Shown in pieces: positions 1-9,297 of a DNA stretch of 64,000 nt. Source of the DNA: Prevotella sp. UBA5387 (GTDB lineage Bacteria > Bacteroidota > Bacteroidia > Bacteroidales > Bacteroidaceae). Where the stretch lies: positions 16,457 to 80,456 of the forward strand of contig DHOP01000009.1 of NCBI GenBank assembly GCA_002407775.1. Reading direction: 5' to 3'. How positions within the stretch are numbered: position 1 is the first letter of the stretch; every line of letters starts with the position of its first letter. The notes beneath the pieces were generated by a model. The model was given only the letters and a program-made list of their open reading frames with translations, was not told the DNA's origin and searched no databases. A program made the translations under genes and the position numbers.

Positions 1-111
1 GATAAGTACAATAGCGTGGATTTCACTTCAGTGACCACAACAGGACTGCGGATTGTCGCCAAGCTACAAGGGAGCGAGTCTGGAGGGGTGATCGAATGGA
101 AGGTAAACTAA
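1..111 (+). CDS. 3' end of an upstream CDS entering from the window edge (partial, product unknown)
   Basis: Frame 1 is open from nt 1 to TAA at 109-111 (...TGLRIVAKLQGSESGGVIEWKVN*). It ends 37 nt before the SusC start. Too short to assign a family. Confidence 0.35.
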   Translation, partial: DKYNSVDFTSVTTTGLRIVAKLQGSESGGVIEWKVN

Positions 112-148
112 CTAATATTATCATCAAAAAATCTTTTAAAAAACTATC

Positions 149-3100
149 ATGAACAGAACTGAGAAACCATTATGTCTTGTTAGCAATCGTGTTGCCATCA
201 AGACAGTAGCGTGCTTTCTTCTGACTGCAGGAACCGCTATTCCAACATTTGCAGCCATGGAGCACACTGACATCACATCGCTGGATATCGTTCAGCAAAA
301 CGGAGTGACTGCTAAGGGGACAGTAACGGATGCCAACGGAGAGCCTATCATTGGGGCAACTGTAATGGAAACGGGTACACGTAACGGCACAGTGACTGAT
401 ATCGATGGACGATTCTCTCTTACTACTAATCGAAATGCAATGCTTGAAGTGTCTTATGTGGGATTTAAGACTAAAACAATTAAAGCAGGAGAAAATGTTA
501 AAATCACTCTCGAGGAAGACCTCCGTGATCTAAATGAGGTTGTTGTCATTGGTTATGGAACTCAGAAAAAGGCCGATGTTACAAGTTCTGTTGCAAGTGT
601 GAAAGCGGAAGATTTCAATAAAGGTTCTGTTCTTGATGCTGGTCAGCTTGTGCAAGGGAAGGTTGCGGGTTTGCAAATTTCTCTAGCTTCTGGCGATCCT
701 ACAGCTTCTACATCAGTCATGCTAAGAGGGACCTCGTCTCTGTTGGGATCCAGTACACCACTTATCTTAGTCGATGGAGTTCCAGGCTCATTCTCAACGG
801 TTGCCCCAGAAGAGATACAGACTATTGATGTTCTAAAGGATGGGTCTGCCACTGCCATATATGGGACACGTGGAACTAATGGCGTTATTATTATCACTAC
901 TAAAAGTGGTAATCGAGAAATGCCCACAACGATAGAATACAATGGATACCTTTCAGTGTCAAGCATTGCTCGAAAGGCTGACTTCTTAAGCGCTTCGGAT
1001 CTCCGAGCCCGCTGGGCTGACGGGTATTCCGCTTCAGGAGCCAACGACCAGGACTATGGGGCTACGACCGATTGGCTGAAGGCAGTAACACGGACCGCAT
1101 TGAGTAACAATCATAATCTCACTTTTAGAGGCGGAAACAAAAAAACCAGTTATGTTGCAACGTTGAACTATTCAGATCGTCAGGGTACAATGAAAAAGAC
1201 GGACATTACCAACATTCGTGCTCGGGCGGAAGTCACCCATCGGATGTTTGACGATAAGTTAACAACGACTTTGGCTATTATTGCAAACGAAAGTCAGTAT
1301 CCTTATGGCTACAGTCCTGGTACCACTTATCGCGATGCATGCATTCAAAATCCCACGCAACCAATCTATAATGATGATGGTTCTTATGTGGAAAGGCAGG
1401 TTTACTTCTATGATAACCCGGTCTCTCTTCAACAAGAGAATATCGGTAGTAGCCGAAACCGTAACGTTAGGTTTACTGGTACTATGATCTATAGGCCCAT
1501 AGAGGAACTCAGCTTTAAGGCTATGTATACAAGAAAGGGACAAAATTCTATAAGCGGTTATTATCAGACCAAGAAGCATCCTTCTACCACAGAAAGTGGA
1601 ATCAACGGTTATGCCTCAAGGTCTGCTAGTGATTACATTTATAATTCTATAGAGCTCACTGCTGATTGGCATAAGAAAATCGCCAAGCATTCTATTGAGG
1701 CAATTGTCGGCTACAGCTACGAGGATAATGTTTGGGAGTCCTTTAACGCTAATAATCGTAATTTCCCAACTGACAGCTATACTTACAACTTCCTAGAATC
1801 TGGCAAAGGTCTTCAGCAGGGAACAGCTGGTATGAGTTCTGATAAGTCGGCAACTAAACTTATAGGTCTCTTTGGCCGTGCAACCTATAACTATGATGAT
1901 AGGTATTTGCTGATGGTTTCTGTTCGACATGAAGGCAGCACAAAGTTTGGGCAAGATCATAAATGGGGTAACTTCCCCGGTGTTTCTGCGGGTTGGCGTA
2001 TCAATAATGAGCATTTCATGAGTGACTATAAATGGATTGATAATTTAAAACTGCGTGCAGGTTTTGGAATTACTGGTATTGATGCAGGATCTCCATATAT
2101 GAGTCTTGCTTCCTTAGGCTACTCCGGATATTTCCTTTATAACAACGAATGGATTAAAATCTTGACCCCTACTCGTAATGCAAACGAAAACCTTAGATGG
2201 GAGAAAAAGTACGAATATAATATGGGTGTTGATTTCGAATTCTTTGGAGGAAGATTAGGAGGAGCTTTAGATCTCTATCTTCGTGATACCAAAGATGCTC
2301 TATGGGACTATTCTGTGCCAGTGCCTCCGTATCAGTATAGTGGTATCAGAGCTAACGTTGGTAAAATTCGCAATAAGGGATTCGAAGTGCTTATCAATGC
2401 TATTCCTATTAAAACAAAGAACTTTGAATGGAGCACAAACATTTCTTATTCAACGAATAGCAATGAGCTTCGCTCTATTAGCAATGATGAATTCCAGATG
2501 TCAACTGATTGGTTTGTCACTGGATATACAGGAGAACCTATACAGACTGAGACGCATCGCGTAAAAGTTGGTGACCCAATTGGCAATTTCTTCGGTTTAA
2601 AGAGCATAGGAGTTAACAGTGAAGGAAAATGGATAGTGGAACGTTTGGAACGCGATGCAGATGGAAAGCTAACAGGAAACAAATACTATGATCTTGCTGA
2701 AAATGCCACAACAGAAGATCGACAAGTTCTAGGCAATGGTGTACCAAAGCATTTTCTCAACTTCAACAATTCCCTTCGATATAAAAATTGGGATTTAAGT
2801 GTAAATATGCGTGGACAGTTTGGATATCAAATACTTAACTTCCAAAGTATGTTCTATGCTAATCCAACAATACAATATAATGTATTGAATAGCGCCTTCG
2901 ATGCTCATCCTGTGTACACCATTTCATCAGACACCAAGTCAATAACCTCGATAGGGGAGTCGGTTAGACTTAATGATTCACAGCGATACCTCAGCGAATA
3001 TATAGAAAACGGAGACTTCTGGAAAATCGATAATATCACATTGGGCTATTCTTTCAACGTCAAAAAAGTTAAATGGCTTCATAACCTAAGAGTCTACGTT

Positions 3101-3244
3101 AGCTGCCTCAACCTTTGTACCATTACAAGTTATTCGGGAATCGACCCCGAAGTTGATATCACAGGGTTGACGGCGGGAACCGATGACCGTGACAAATACC
3201 CTACTACACGATCTTTCACGTGTGGCCTTAATGTAACATTCTAA
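149..3244 (+). CDS. SusC/RagA-family TonB-dependent outer membrane receptor
   Basis: 1031 aa. N-terminal signal, carboxypeptidase-regulatory-like domain (GTVTDANGEPIIGATV), plug region (VVVIGYGTQKK). Long beta-barrel ending ...CGLNVTF. Followed 16 nt later by a SusD-like gene. Confidence 0.9.
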   Translation: MNRTEKPLCLVSNRVAIKTVACFLLTAGTAIPTFAAMEHTDITSLDIVQQNGVTAKGTVTDANGEPIIGATVMETGTRNGTVTDIDGRFSLTTNRNAMLEVSYVGFKTKTIKAGENVKITLEEDLRDLNEVVVIGYGTQKKADVTSSVASVKAEDFNKGSVLDAGQLVQGKVAGLQISLASGDPTASTSVMLRGTSSLLGSSTPLILVDGVPGSFSTVAPEEIQTIDVLKDGSATAIYGTRGTNGVIIITTKSGNREMPTTIEYNGYLSVSSIARKADFLSASDLRARWADGYSASGANDQDYGATTDWLKAVTRTALSNNHNLTFRGGNKKTSYVATLNYSDRQGTMKKTDITNIRARAEVTHRMFDDKLTTTLAIIANESQYPYGYSPGTTYRDACIQNPTQPIYNDDGSYVERQVYFYDNPVSLQQENIGSSRNRNVRFTGTMIYRPIEELSFKAMYTRKGQNSISGYYQTKKHPSTTESGINGYASRSASDYIYNSIELTADWHKKIAKHSIEAIVGYSYEDNVWESFNANNRNFPTDSYTYNFLESGKGLQQGTAGMSSDKSATKLIGLFGRATYNYDDRYLLMVSVRHEGSTKFGQDHKWGNFPGVSAGWRINNEHFMSDYKWIDNLKLRAGFGITGIDAGSPYMSLASLGYSGYFLYNNEWIKILTPTRNANENLRWEKKYEYNMGVDFEFFGGRLGGALDLYLRDTKDALWDYSVPVPPYQYSGIRANVGKIRNKGFEVLINAIPIKTKNFEWSTNISYSTNSNELRSISNDEFQMSTDWFVTGYTGEPIQTETHRVKVGDPIGNFFGLKSIGVNSEGKWIVERLERDADGKLTGNKYYDLAENATTEDRQVLGNGVPKHFLNFNNSLRYKNWDLSVNMRGQFGYQILNFQSMFYANPTIQYNVLNSAFDAHPVYTISSDTKSITSIGESVRLNDSQRYLSEYIENGDFWKIDNITLGYSFNVKKVKWLHNLRVYVSCLNLCTITSYSGIDPEVDITGLTAGTDDRDKYPTTRSFTCGLNVTF

Positions 3245-3260
3245 CCAAAAATAAGATATT

Positions 3261-4877
3261 ATGAAGTTATTTAATATAAAGGCGATGGTGTTATTAGCCA
3301 GCTCTGCGCTCACATTTACATCATGCTTCAACTTAGACGAGGAAGTCTTCTCTGAGGTCACAGAATCCACATTTGTTCCTACCGAGCAAGATGTTGCTAG
3401 TCTAATGGCCAGTGCTTATAATCCATTGACATATATTATGGATTGGCAAGGATTGTTTGATGCCCAGGAAGAAAGTGGAGATGTAGTCATTACACCTACT
3501 CGCCCAAATGGCTGGGACGATGGTGGTACTTATCGTCGAATGCACCAACACCAGTGGAATTCAGAATCATGGCAGCCTGAAAACTGCTATGACACACCAT
3601 ATGGAGCCATTGGTAATGCTAATAGAATTCTCGATCAGGTAAAAAGTGACAAGCTTCCTACGGGAGATTTAAAAACCAGTACTATTGCAGAATTGCGTGC
3701 TATTCGCGCGTTATGGTATATGATGTTGCTGGATACTCATGGAAATGTGCCTATTGTAACTGCATTTAATGACTCTGTCCCCATGCAGTCCACTCGATCA
3801 GAGGTGTACAAATTCGTTGTCAAAGAACTGAAAGACGTTATTCCAGATTTGTCCGAAGAGGTATCAGCAGTAACATATGGTCGCATGACTAAGTGGGCTG
3901 CGCTCACTGCACTTGCACGTGTTTACCTTAATGCGGAGGTTTATACTGGGACACCTCAATGGCAGGAATGTCTAAATTGCTGTAACGAAATTATTAATAG
4001 TGGTAAATTCTCATTGGCTGAAGACTACAAGTCGATTTTTGCATATAACAACGGACCAAGTAACCCGGAAATCATTTTTGCGGTTCCTTATGACAGTAAA
4101 TACACGGCATTCAATATGCAACATAAATGGTTTCCACCCGTTGCGAAGAAGGTTTTTGGAGTCTCTTCAGATTATTTCTGGGGTGGAAGCTGTGCAAACC
4201 CACAATTTATCGCGTCATATCAGGATGGTGACAAGCGTTTGAAAGAGACTTGGCTTATAGGCCCACAATATGATACAAAAGGGAATCTTATTTGGACATG
4301 TAATAATTATCTTCCCTCTTTGACTTGTATGAAAGATGGAATTAATTACACATCTATAGACTATGGATATAGAATATGGAAATATGGTAATGACCCCCAA
4401 ACGACTAATGGTGGTTGGGGCAATGATTTTCCATTCTTCCGTTATGCAGAAGTGCTCCTTGACAAGGCAGAGTGTCTTCTAAGAATTGGTCAAAACAAAG
4501 AAGAAGCAGCACAAATTGTTACCCAGTTAAGGCAACGTGACTTTGATGATAAAGCTAAAGCTGCTGTGTCTGTTACCGATTTGGAAGGTGACTCTCGCAT
4601 TAATTACGGCACTCTTGACTGGGATAACAAAATAGATGTTCCTGGGGATCAGACAGCTATTAAGTTAGGAGGACTCTATGATGAATGGGGAATTGAATTT
4701 GCTTGTGAAGCTCAACGGCGTACTCAAATGATTCGTTTTGGTACTTTTTCAACTAAGAACTGGTTTAATCACACTGCTGTTACTGATGGCCATACAGTTT
4801 TATTCCCTATTCCATTATCTGCATTGGAAACAAACAGTAATCTTCAACAGAACAGGGGCTATGACTCTAACCGCTAG
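3261..4877 (+). CDS. SusD/RagB-family nutrient-binding outer membrane lipoprotein
   Basis: 538 aa. Lipoprotein signal ending ...LTFTSC. SusD-like helical-repeat sequence (RALWYMMLLD, FPFFRYAEVLLDKAE). Directly follows SusC. Confidence 0.85.
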   Translation: MKLFNIKAMVLLASSALTFTSCFNLDEEVFSEVTESTFVPTEQDVASLMASAYNPLTYIMDWQGLFDAQEESGDVVITPTRPNGWDDGGTYRRMHQHQWNSESWQPENCYDTPYGAIGNANRILDQVKSDKLPTGDLKTSTIAELRAIRALWYMMLLDTHGNVPIVTAFNDSVPMQSTRSEVYKFVVKELKDVIPDLSEEVSAVTYGRMTKWAALTALARVYLNAEVYTGTPQWQECLNCCNEIINSGKFSLAEDYKSIFAYNNGPSNPEIIFAVPYDSKYTAFNMQHKWFPPVAKKVFGVSSDYFWGGSCANPQFIASYQDGDKRLKETWLIGPQYDTKGNLIWTCNNYLPSLTCMKDGINYTSIDYGYRIWKYGNDPQTTNGGWGNDFPFFRYAEVLLDKAECLLRIGQNKEEAAQIVTQLRQRDFDDKAKAAVSVTDLEGDSRINYGTLDWDNKIDVPGDQTAIKLGGLYDEWGIEFACEAQRRTQMIRFGTFSTKNWFNHTAVTDGHTVLFPIPLSALETNSNLQQNRGYDSNR

Positions 4878-4980
4878 CAAAGGACAGTTCGATGATTGTC
4901 AGTTCTATCTCTTCCTAATGCATATAAGCATAACTATGAAAGTAAGTTGATAAGATAGAATGTCTCAATACTAATACAAC

Positions 4981-5021
4981 GACCCGACCAAATCTGTTAT
5001 TTGGTCGGGTCTTCATTTTTT
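4981..5021 (+). terminator. Rho-independent terminator after the SusC/SusD pair
   Basis: Perfect 13-bp stem GACCCGACCAAAT / ATTTGGTCGGGTC (4981-4993 and 4999-5011) with a 5-nt loop, followed by TTCATTTTTTG. Confidence 0.75.
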
Positions 5022-5042
5022 GGGAAATCCAATTGTTTATCC

Positions 5043-6863
5043 TTAAGACTCCGCGGCATGGTAGGAGGAACGGACAAGTGGGCCGCTCTCTACATGAAGA
5101 AAGCCTTTGGAAAGGGCGATGTGCTTGTATTCAACGAACTGCTCAGGTGTAATATAGGCAGCTACAGGGAGGTGCTGAGCAGTGGGTTGTAAGTATTGTC
5201 CGATAGTAAGGCGCTTACAGCCAGTGGCGATGATATCATCCATAAGTTCAAGTATCTGCTGATGGGTCTCGCCCAAGCCCAACATGAAACCAGTCTTGGC
5301 CTCGAATCCTGCTTCGCTGATGATACGAAGCACGTTCAAACTACGGTCATATCGTGCGACACTTCGAACTGATGGCGTGAGTTCACGCACAGTCTCCATG
5401 TTGTGTCCGACTACGTTGGGTTGTGTTTCGAGTACTTCTTCTATGAGATCCTCGCGCCCCATGAAGTCCGGAATGAGAAGTTCTATTCGCACATTAGGGT
5501 TCATTGCTTTGACGGCTTCAACCGTTTTCACCCAGTGTTCTGCCCCAAAGTCAGGAAGATCGTCACGATCAACGGAGGTAATCACGGCATAGCGCAAGCC
5601 TAATTCCTTGATAGTCTCCGCCACATGTTGTGATTCGTTAGGGTCCAACGGAAGAGGTCTCCCCGAGTCTGTATTGCAAAATCGACAGTGACGTGTGCAC
5701 ACTGTACCGCCTATCATCAGCGTAGCTGTGCGTGCCGCCCAGCAATCAGCACGGTTGGGACACAGTCCGCTCGTGCAAATGGTGTTCATGTGATGCCCCT
5801 TCAGAATGTCGGCCGTCTCGCCTGTCTTCGACTTTGTAGTGAGATCGATTTTCAACCAGTCAGGCTTTTGGACATGAGGCTTGCGTCCAAAGAGCAGTCT
5901 AAGAAATTGTGAAAGTTGCAAACCACGCACCACTGAAGAAAGATCCTTGTCGAGCAACCGCTCTTCCACAGCTTCGCGAGTGAACTCTGTACCCCGCAAA
6001 GGTTGCAAGAGTTCATGATCAATGTCACCAAGCAGGAAATAATCACCTATTAGATTGATATTGGCTATTACCCCATTTTTGAGTTCTATGTGTGCTTCGA
6101 GTGTTCCCACATCTGCAAAACGATGTCTGCGCACTTCCGTATATTTCGGATTTTTGCCGTAGACGAAGTCGTCTGAGGCCAGTTCTCGCTCAATGTTGGC
6201 AACGGACTCGAGGTCAGTTTGAGAAAGCTCTAAGACCTTGTCCCCACACATGTAGCGTCGTGTGTAATCTGTGAATTCTTGAATATCCAACTGCGTATAT
6301 TGTCCAACATTGTTCACATGCTGGCTCACTGAAGCCACCCCCTTACTCTGCAACTTCTCTTGTGAGGGTGTGAGTGCTTTAGACAGATGGGCAAGTTGAG
6401 TATTAAAGAGCAGTGAATTGTGCAATACACTACGTCCCTGCAAGCCATAAAAAGCACTCCCAGCCACCTTCCGCCCCTCTACGAGGATGTCGTTTCGCCC
6501 AGACTTCTCGGCATTTATGCCAAGGCTGCACAGTAGGTCGGCAATGTGTTGCATATACTTTGAGAATGCCTCATTGACGTTTTGTGCAGCTGAGATATAT
6601 GAAAACTGCAGGCAACCGAGATCCGAATAGATGCATCCACCGCCACTCTTACGCCTAAAGATATGCACGTTGTTAGACTTGCAATATTCTACATCCACCT
6701 CATTTTCGATGAGTTGGTTTCGCCCGAGCATTACGGTAGGTTTTACACGCCAAATGAAGAAATATTCGTCGTCCACATATTGGCGAGCCACATATTCCTC
6801 AACAGCAAAATAAAATGGCAATTGTCTTATTTTCTCGGGAGTGGGAATAATTATATATTTCAT
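5043..6863 (-). CDS. lipA: Fusion protein: lipoate-protein ligase (LplA family) N-terminal half plus lipoyl synthase (LipA, radical SAM) C-terminal half
   Basis: One uninterrupted ORF. The N-terminal ~330 aa are LplA-like (FYFAVEEY, RRKSGGGCIY, GRKVAGSAF, then an LplA C-terminal-like domain). After about nt 5880 come LipA hallmarks: KPDWLK, CPNRADCW and the radical-SAM CTRHCRFC. Start moved to ATG 6863 (MKYIII) because a TAnnTTTG box lies inside the longer ORF-track version. Confidence 0.85.
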   Translation of the reverse strand: MKYIIIPTPEKIRQLPFYFAVEEYVARQYVDDEYFFIWRVKPTVMLGRNQLIENEVDVEYCKSNNVHIFRRKSGGGCIYSDLGCLQFSYISAAQNVNEAFSKYMQHIADLLCSLGINAEKSGRNDILVEGRKVAGSAFYGLQGRSVLHNSLLFNTQLAHLSKALTPSQEKLQSKGVASVSQHVNNVGQYTQLDIQEFTDYTRRYMCGDKVLELSQTDLESVANIERELASDDFVYGKNPKYTEVRRHRFADVGTLEAHIELKNGVIANINLIGDYFLLGDIDHELLQPLRGTEFTREAVEERLLDKDLSSVVRGLQLSQFLRLLFGRKPHVQKPDWLKIDLTTKSKTGETADILKGHHMNTICTSGLCPNRADCWAARTATLMIGGTVCTRHCRFCNTDSGRPLPLDPNESQHVAETIKELGLRYAVITSVDRDDLPDFGAEHWVKTVEAVKAMNPNVRIELLIPDFMGREDLIEEVLETQPNVVGHNMETVRELTPSVRSVARYDRSLNVLRIISEAGFEAKTGFMLGLGETHQQILELMDDIIATGCKRLTIGQYLQPTAQHLPVAAYITPEQFVEYKHIALSKGFLHVESGPLVRSSYHAAES

Positions 6864-6887
6864 CTTTTTGTCTCTCTTCTTGATATG

Positions 6888-6895
6888 CAAATGTA
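6888..6895 (-). promoter_or_regulatory. Bacteroidetes-type -7 promoter box (TAnnTTTG) for the lplA-lipA fusion gene
   Basis: The minus strand reads TACATTTG, 25 nt upstream of ATG 6863. Confidence 0.45.
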
Positions 6896-7224
6896 CGAAG
6901 AAAACATAAGCCATTAGATGCTTTCTGCCTAGTTTTTAGAGTTATGTTTGAATTATAGCAGAGTAAAATACCATATGTGAATATGGCTAATCATAGCAGT
7001 AGCATTGTGCTCAATGCTATTCCAGACTGCCAAAGCGGTGCCGATATGGACATCACTGCCAACGTCACTAGCATCAAGTCGTTGCAAGCGCAGCAAGATT
7101 CCAATTCGCTTCGCTAACCTTGTGACATATATTACTTACTAGGGATGGCCTTGCGGGAGGAGTCCCAGCGCAGAGTGTATATTCGTGACGGACGAATAGT
7201 ATTACGGTAAGGATTGCCAAGTCA

Positions 7225-7268
7225 ACAGAAAAGCGAAGGGGCGGTATCCGTTTGGATACCACCCCTTC
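7225..7268 (-). terminator. Rho-independent terminator of the OMP gene
   Basis: 15-bp stem (GAAGGGGYGGTATCC / GGATACCRCCCCTTC, one G-U on the minus-strand RNA) with a 4-nt loop. Followed on the minus strand by GCTTTTCTGTT. Lies 65 nt after the stop at 7333. Confidence 0.7.
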
Positions 7269-7332
7269 TATTGATAGCTGTAATTAATACTTCCTAAAAC
7301 TCATTTTCTGTCACAATGATAATTCTGTAGAA

Positions 7333-7965
7333 TTAGAAATTCACACCGAAGTTAGCAAAGAATGCTCCATTGTGTGCAGAAAAATCTTCAGACTTAGAGA
7401 TGTTGCTCAAGCCAAACTGATAGCCTAGCTCCAAATAAAGCATATTATATTCCATACCACAACCAAGCTTAAAACCAACATCCGAACGCTTGAAGTACCC
7501 TTCGTTGAAGGCACTATGCTTAGCAGTCTTACCACCGATGGCCACATCGAAGTAGGGTCCAAAGAATGGAAGCAGAGCTATGTCATCGTTAGCCTTAAAT
7601 CCATACTTTACTAAAACAGGGATTTCAAGGTAGTTTAAACTCGTCGTCGTGTTCATCTTCTCACTCCCTTGCTTTGTATCGTCGCCCTTTCCACCTTTCT
7701 CAGTATAGTATAGGCCACTCTCAAGGAAGATTGGCGTTGTATCAGACAAGCGAAGACCGATAACACCACCAAGTGTCATGCCAGCCTTTGTTCCATCACT
7801 TGTAAAATATTGTGTATCTCCATTGATAGTCGATACGTTCATGCCAATTCGTACACCATAGTATAAATTCTCCTCATCGAGTCTGAAACCACCGCTACTA
7901 TACTGTGCGAATGTTGGTACTGCAACCATGATGGCGACAATAACTGCAAGTAATTTTCTTTTCAT
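7333..7965 (-). CDS. Small outer membrane beta-barrel protein (porin-family/OmpW-like)
   Basis: 210 aa. Signal peptide MKRKLLAVIVAIMVAVPTFAQ, alternating beta-strand pattern, C-terminal ...FFANFGVNF with terminal Phe. Confidence 0.7.
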   Translation of the reverse strand: MKRKLLAVIVAIMVAVPTFAQYSSGGFRLDEENLYYGVRIGMNVSTINGDTQYFTSDGTKAGMTLGGVIGLRLSDTTPIFLESGLYYTEKGGKGDDTKQGSEKMNTTTSLNYLEIPVLVKYGFKANDDIALLPFFGPYFDVAIGGKTAKHSAFNEGYFKRSDVGFKLGCGMEYNMLYLELGYQFGLSNISKSEDFSAHNGAFFANFGVNF

Positions 7966-8381
7966 CTTATTCTCTTTTAATGGTTAAATGTTTGCCGTTA
8001 TTAACTATTTATTGCAAAGAAACTACTTTTTTTTGACATCTACAAATATTTTTGGCTACGAATTAATGATATGATGATGCATTAAACCTACATATCTACT
8101 TCTATATTATGCAGATTACTAATCCTCGCAACATATCTTTGTGCTGAGTTACATTAGATTAATACTACTCCAAAAGCATTACTAATTGGCAAATGCCTTT
8201 CCCTTAATTAATCAGCCCATTCAATCCCTCGAATTGGTTAAAATAGTCAAAACACTCTCAAAAACTTTGCTTGCAGATGAGTTTTCACGCTGATTTCCAT
8301 TATCTTTGCTAATGTGAAATAGACATGGAATACTTGCCTTAAAGAGCACTTATCATACTCGACCCTATCTAACTTAATTCT

Positions 8382-9176
8382 ATGGATGCAATCACTATTA
8401 GTCCCGAGTTGGAAAAACTGCATGCTGAGATCGAGTCTCTTCGCAAAGATTTTTTGCGTCTATATACGCAGAAAGACGAACTAATCAATATTGAACGAGA
8501 TGATTTGGAAGTGAAATACACCAAACTTATAGGTCAACAGCAGTACGAGAACTTCAGTTTAGAAGTGGAAGTAAGAGCTTTAAAGATGAAGGTTGAATTA
8601 GCTCAAGCAGCCCTTAACCGAGGACAACAACCCAAATTATTAGATATAGAGGAAGAGGTAAATCGTCAACTGAAGCAATATTATGACCAGCTGAGAGCTC
8701 AAGCGGAAATAATAGAAGCTGCCCAAGCTGCCCAAACCGTAGATCCATACGACTTAACGGAGATGCACGACCTCTTCCGGTTACTTGTTAAAAGGTTACA
8801 TCCAGATCTACACCCCGACCTTCCCGAAAACATGAAAGACCTTTTTATTCAAGGGCAGACGGCCTATCGCACATTCAATATACCACTGTTGCGAGAGATC
8901 ATCATGCGTCTCGACATAGAGGATGATTCCAAAGATTTCCTCCATAAGGGAGAGGAAAGCCTGCAGCAGATTCGTGACCGTCTTCGCGATCAAGTTGACT
9001 CTTTAAAGGACGACATCGACATCATAGAATCATCTTTCCCTTTCAATATGCGCACTAATATTCTTGACGAGGACTGGGTGAAAGCTCAGCAAGAATCGAT
9101 GCGTGCAGAGCATGAGCAGCTTGAGGCTTTGAGACAGAAATATGCTGATCGATTATCATTGATAACAGACATGTAA
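8382..9176 (+). CDS. Coiled-coil protein with an internal J-domain-like segment
   Basis: 264 aa, rich in heptad-like E/K/Q/L segments. The central segment LFRLLVKRLHPDLHPDLPENMKDLFIQGQTAYRTF resembles J-domain helices II-III with an HPD tripeptide. Confidence 0.55.
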   Translation: MDAITISPELEKLHAEIESLRKDFLRLYTQKDELINIERDDLEVKYTKLIGQQQYENFSLEVEVRALKMKVELAQAALNRGQQPKLLDIEEEVNRQLKQYYDQLRAQAEIIEAAQAAQTVDPYDLTEMHDLFRLLVKRLHPDLHPDLPENMKDLFIQGQTAYRTFNIPLLREIIMRLDIEDDSKDFLHKGEESLQQIRDRLRDQVDSLKDDIDIIESSFPFNMRTNILDEDWVKAQQESMRAEHEQLEALRQKYADRLSLITDM

Positions 9177-9297
9177 ACTGGCAAGATCTGTTCCCTTTAG
9201 CCATGCCGCGGTTATACTTAGCAGAAGTATAAAGGTTGAAAGCGCATGGACTTTGTTATTTTCTTCAATAAAATCATTTAGAAGAAAGGCCATCTAT

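Noticed and set aside
7074-7262. 62-aa ORF on the minus strand
   Set aside because: It runs through the 15-bp terminator hairpin of the OMP gene and has no recognisable features. Likely spurious.
6915-7332. tmRNA, RNase P RNA, SRP RNA, 6S RNA or a riboswitch in the orphan region
   Set aside because: None of the conserved signatures I know was found on either strand: the tmRNA GGGG...TCCACCA ends and tag ORF, the RNase P GAGGAAAGTCCGGGC, the SRP GGAAG/AGCA loops, the B12 box, or the TPP CTGAGA. Kept only as a low-interest open question.
9213-9233. AT-rich hairpin between the J-domain-like and HIRAN genes as a terminator
   Set aside because: The 8-bp all-A/T stem has no following T-tract. It is too weak to call a terminator and is mentioned only in the context of the cassette.
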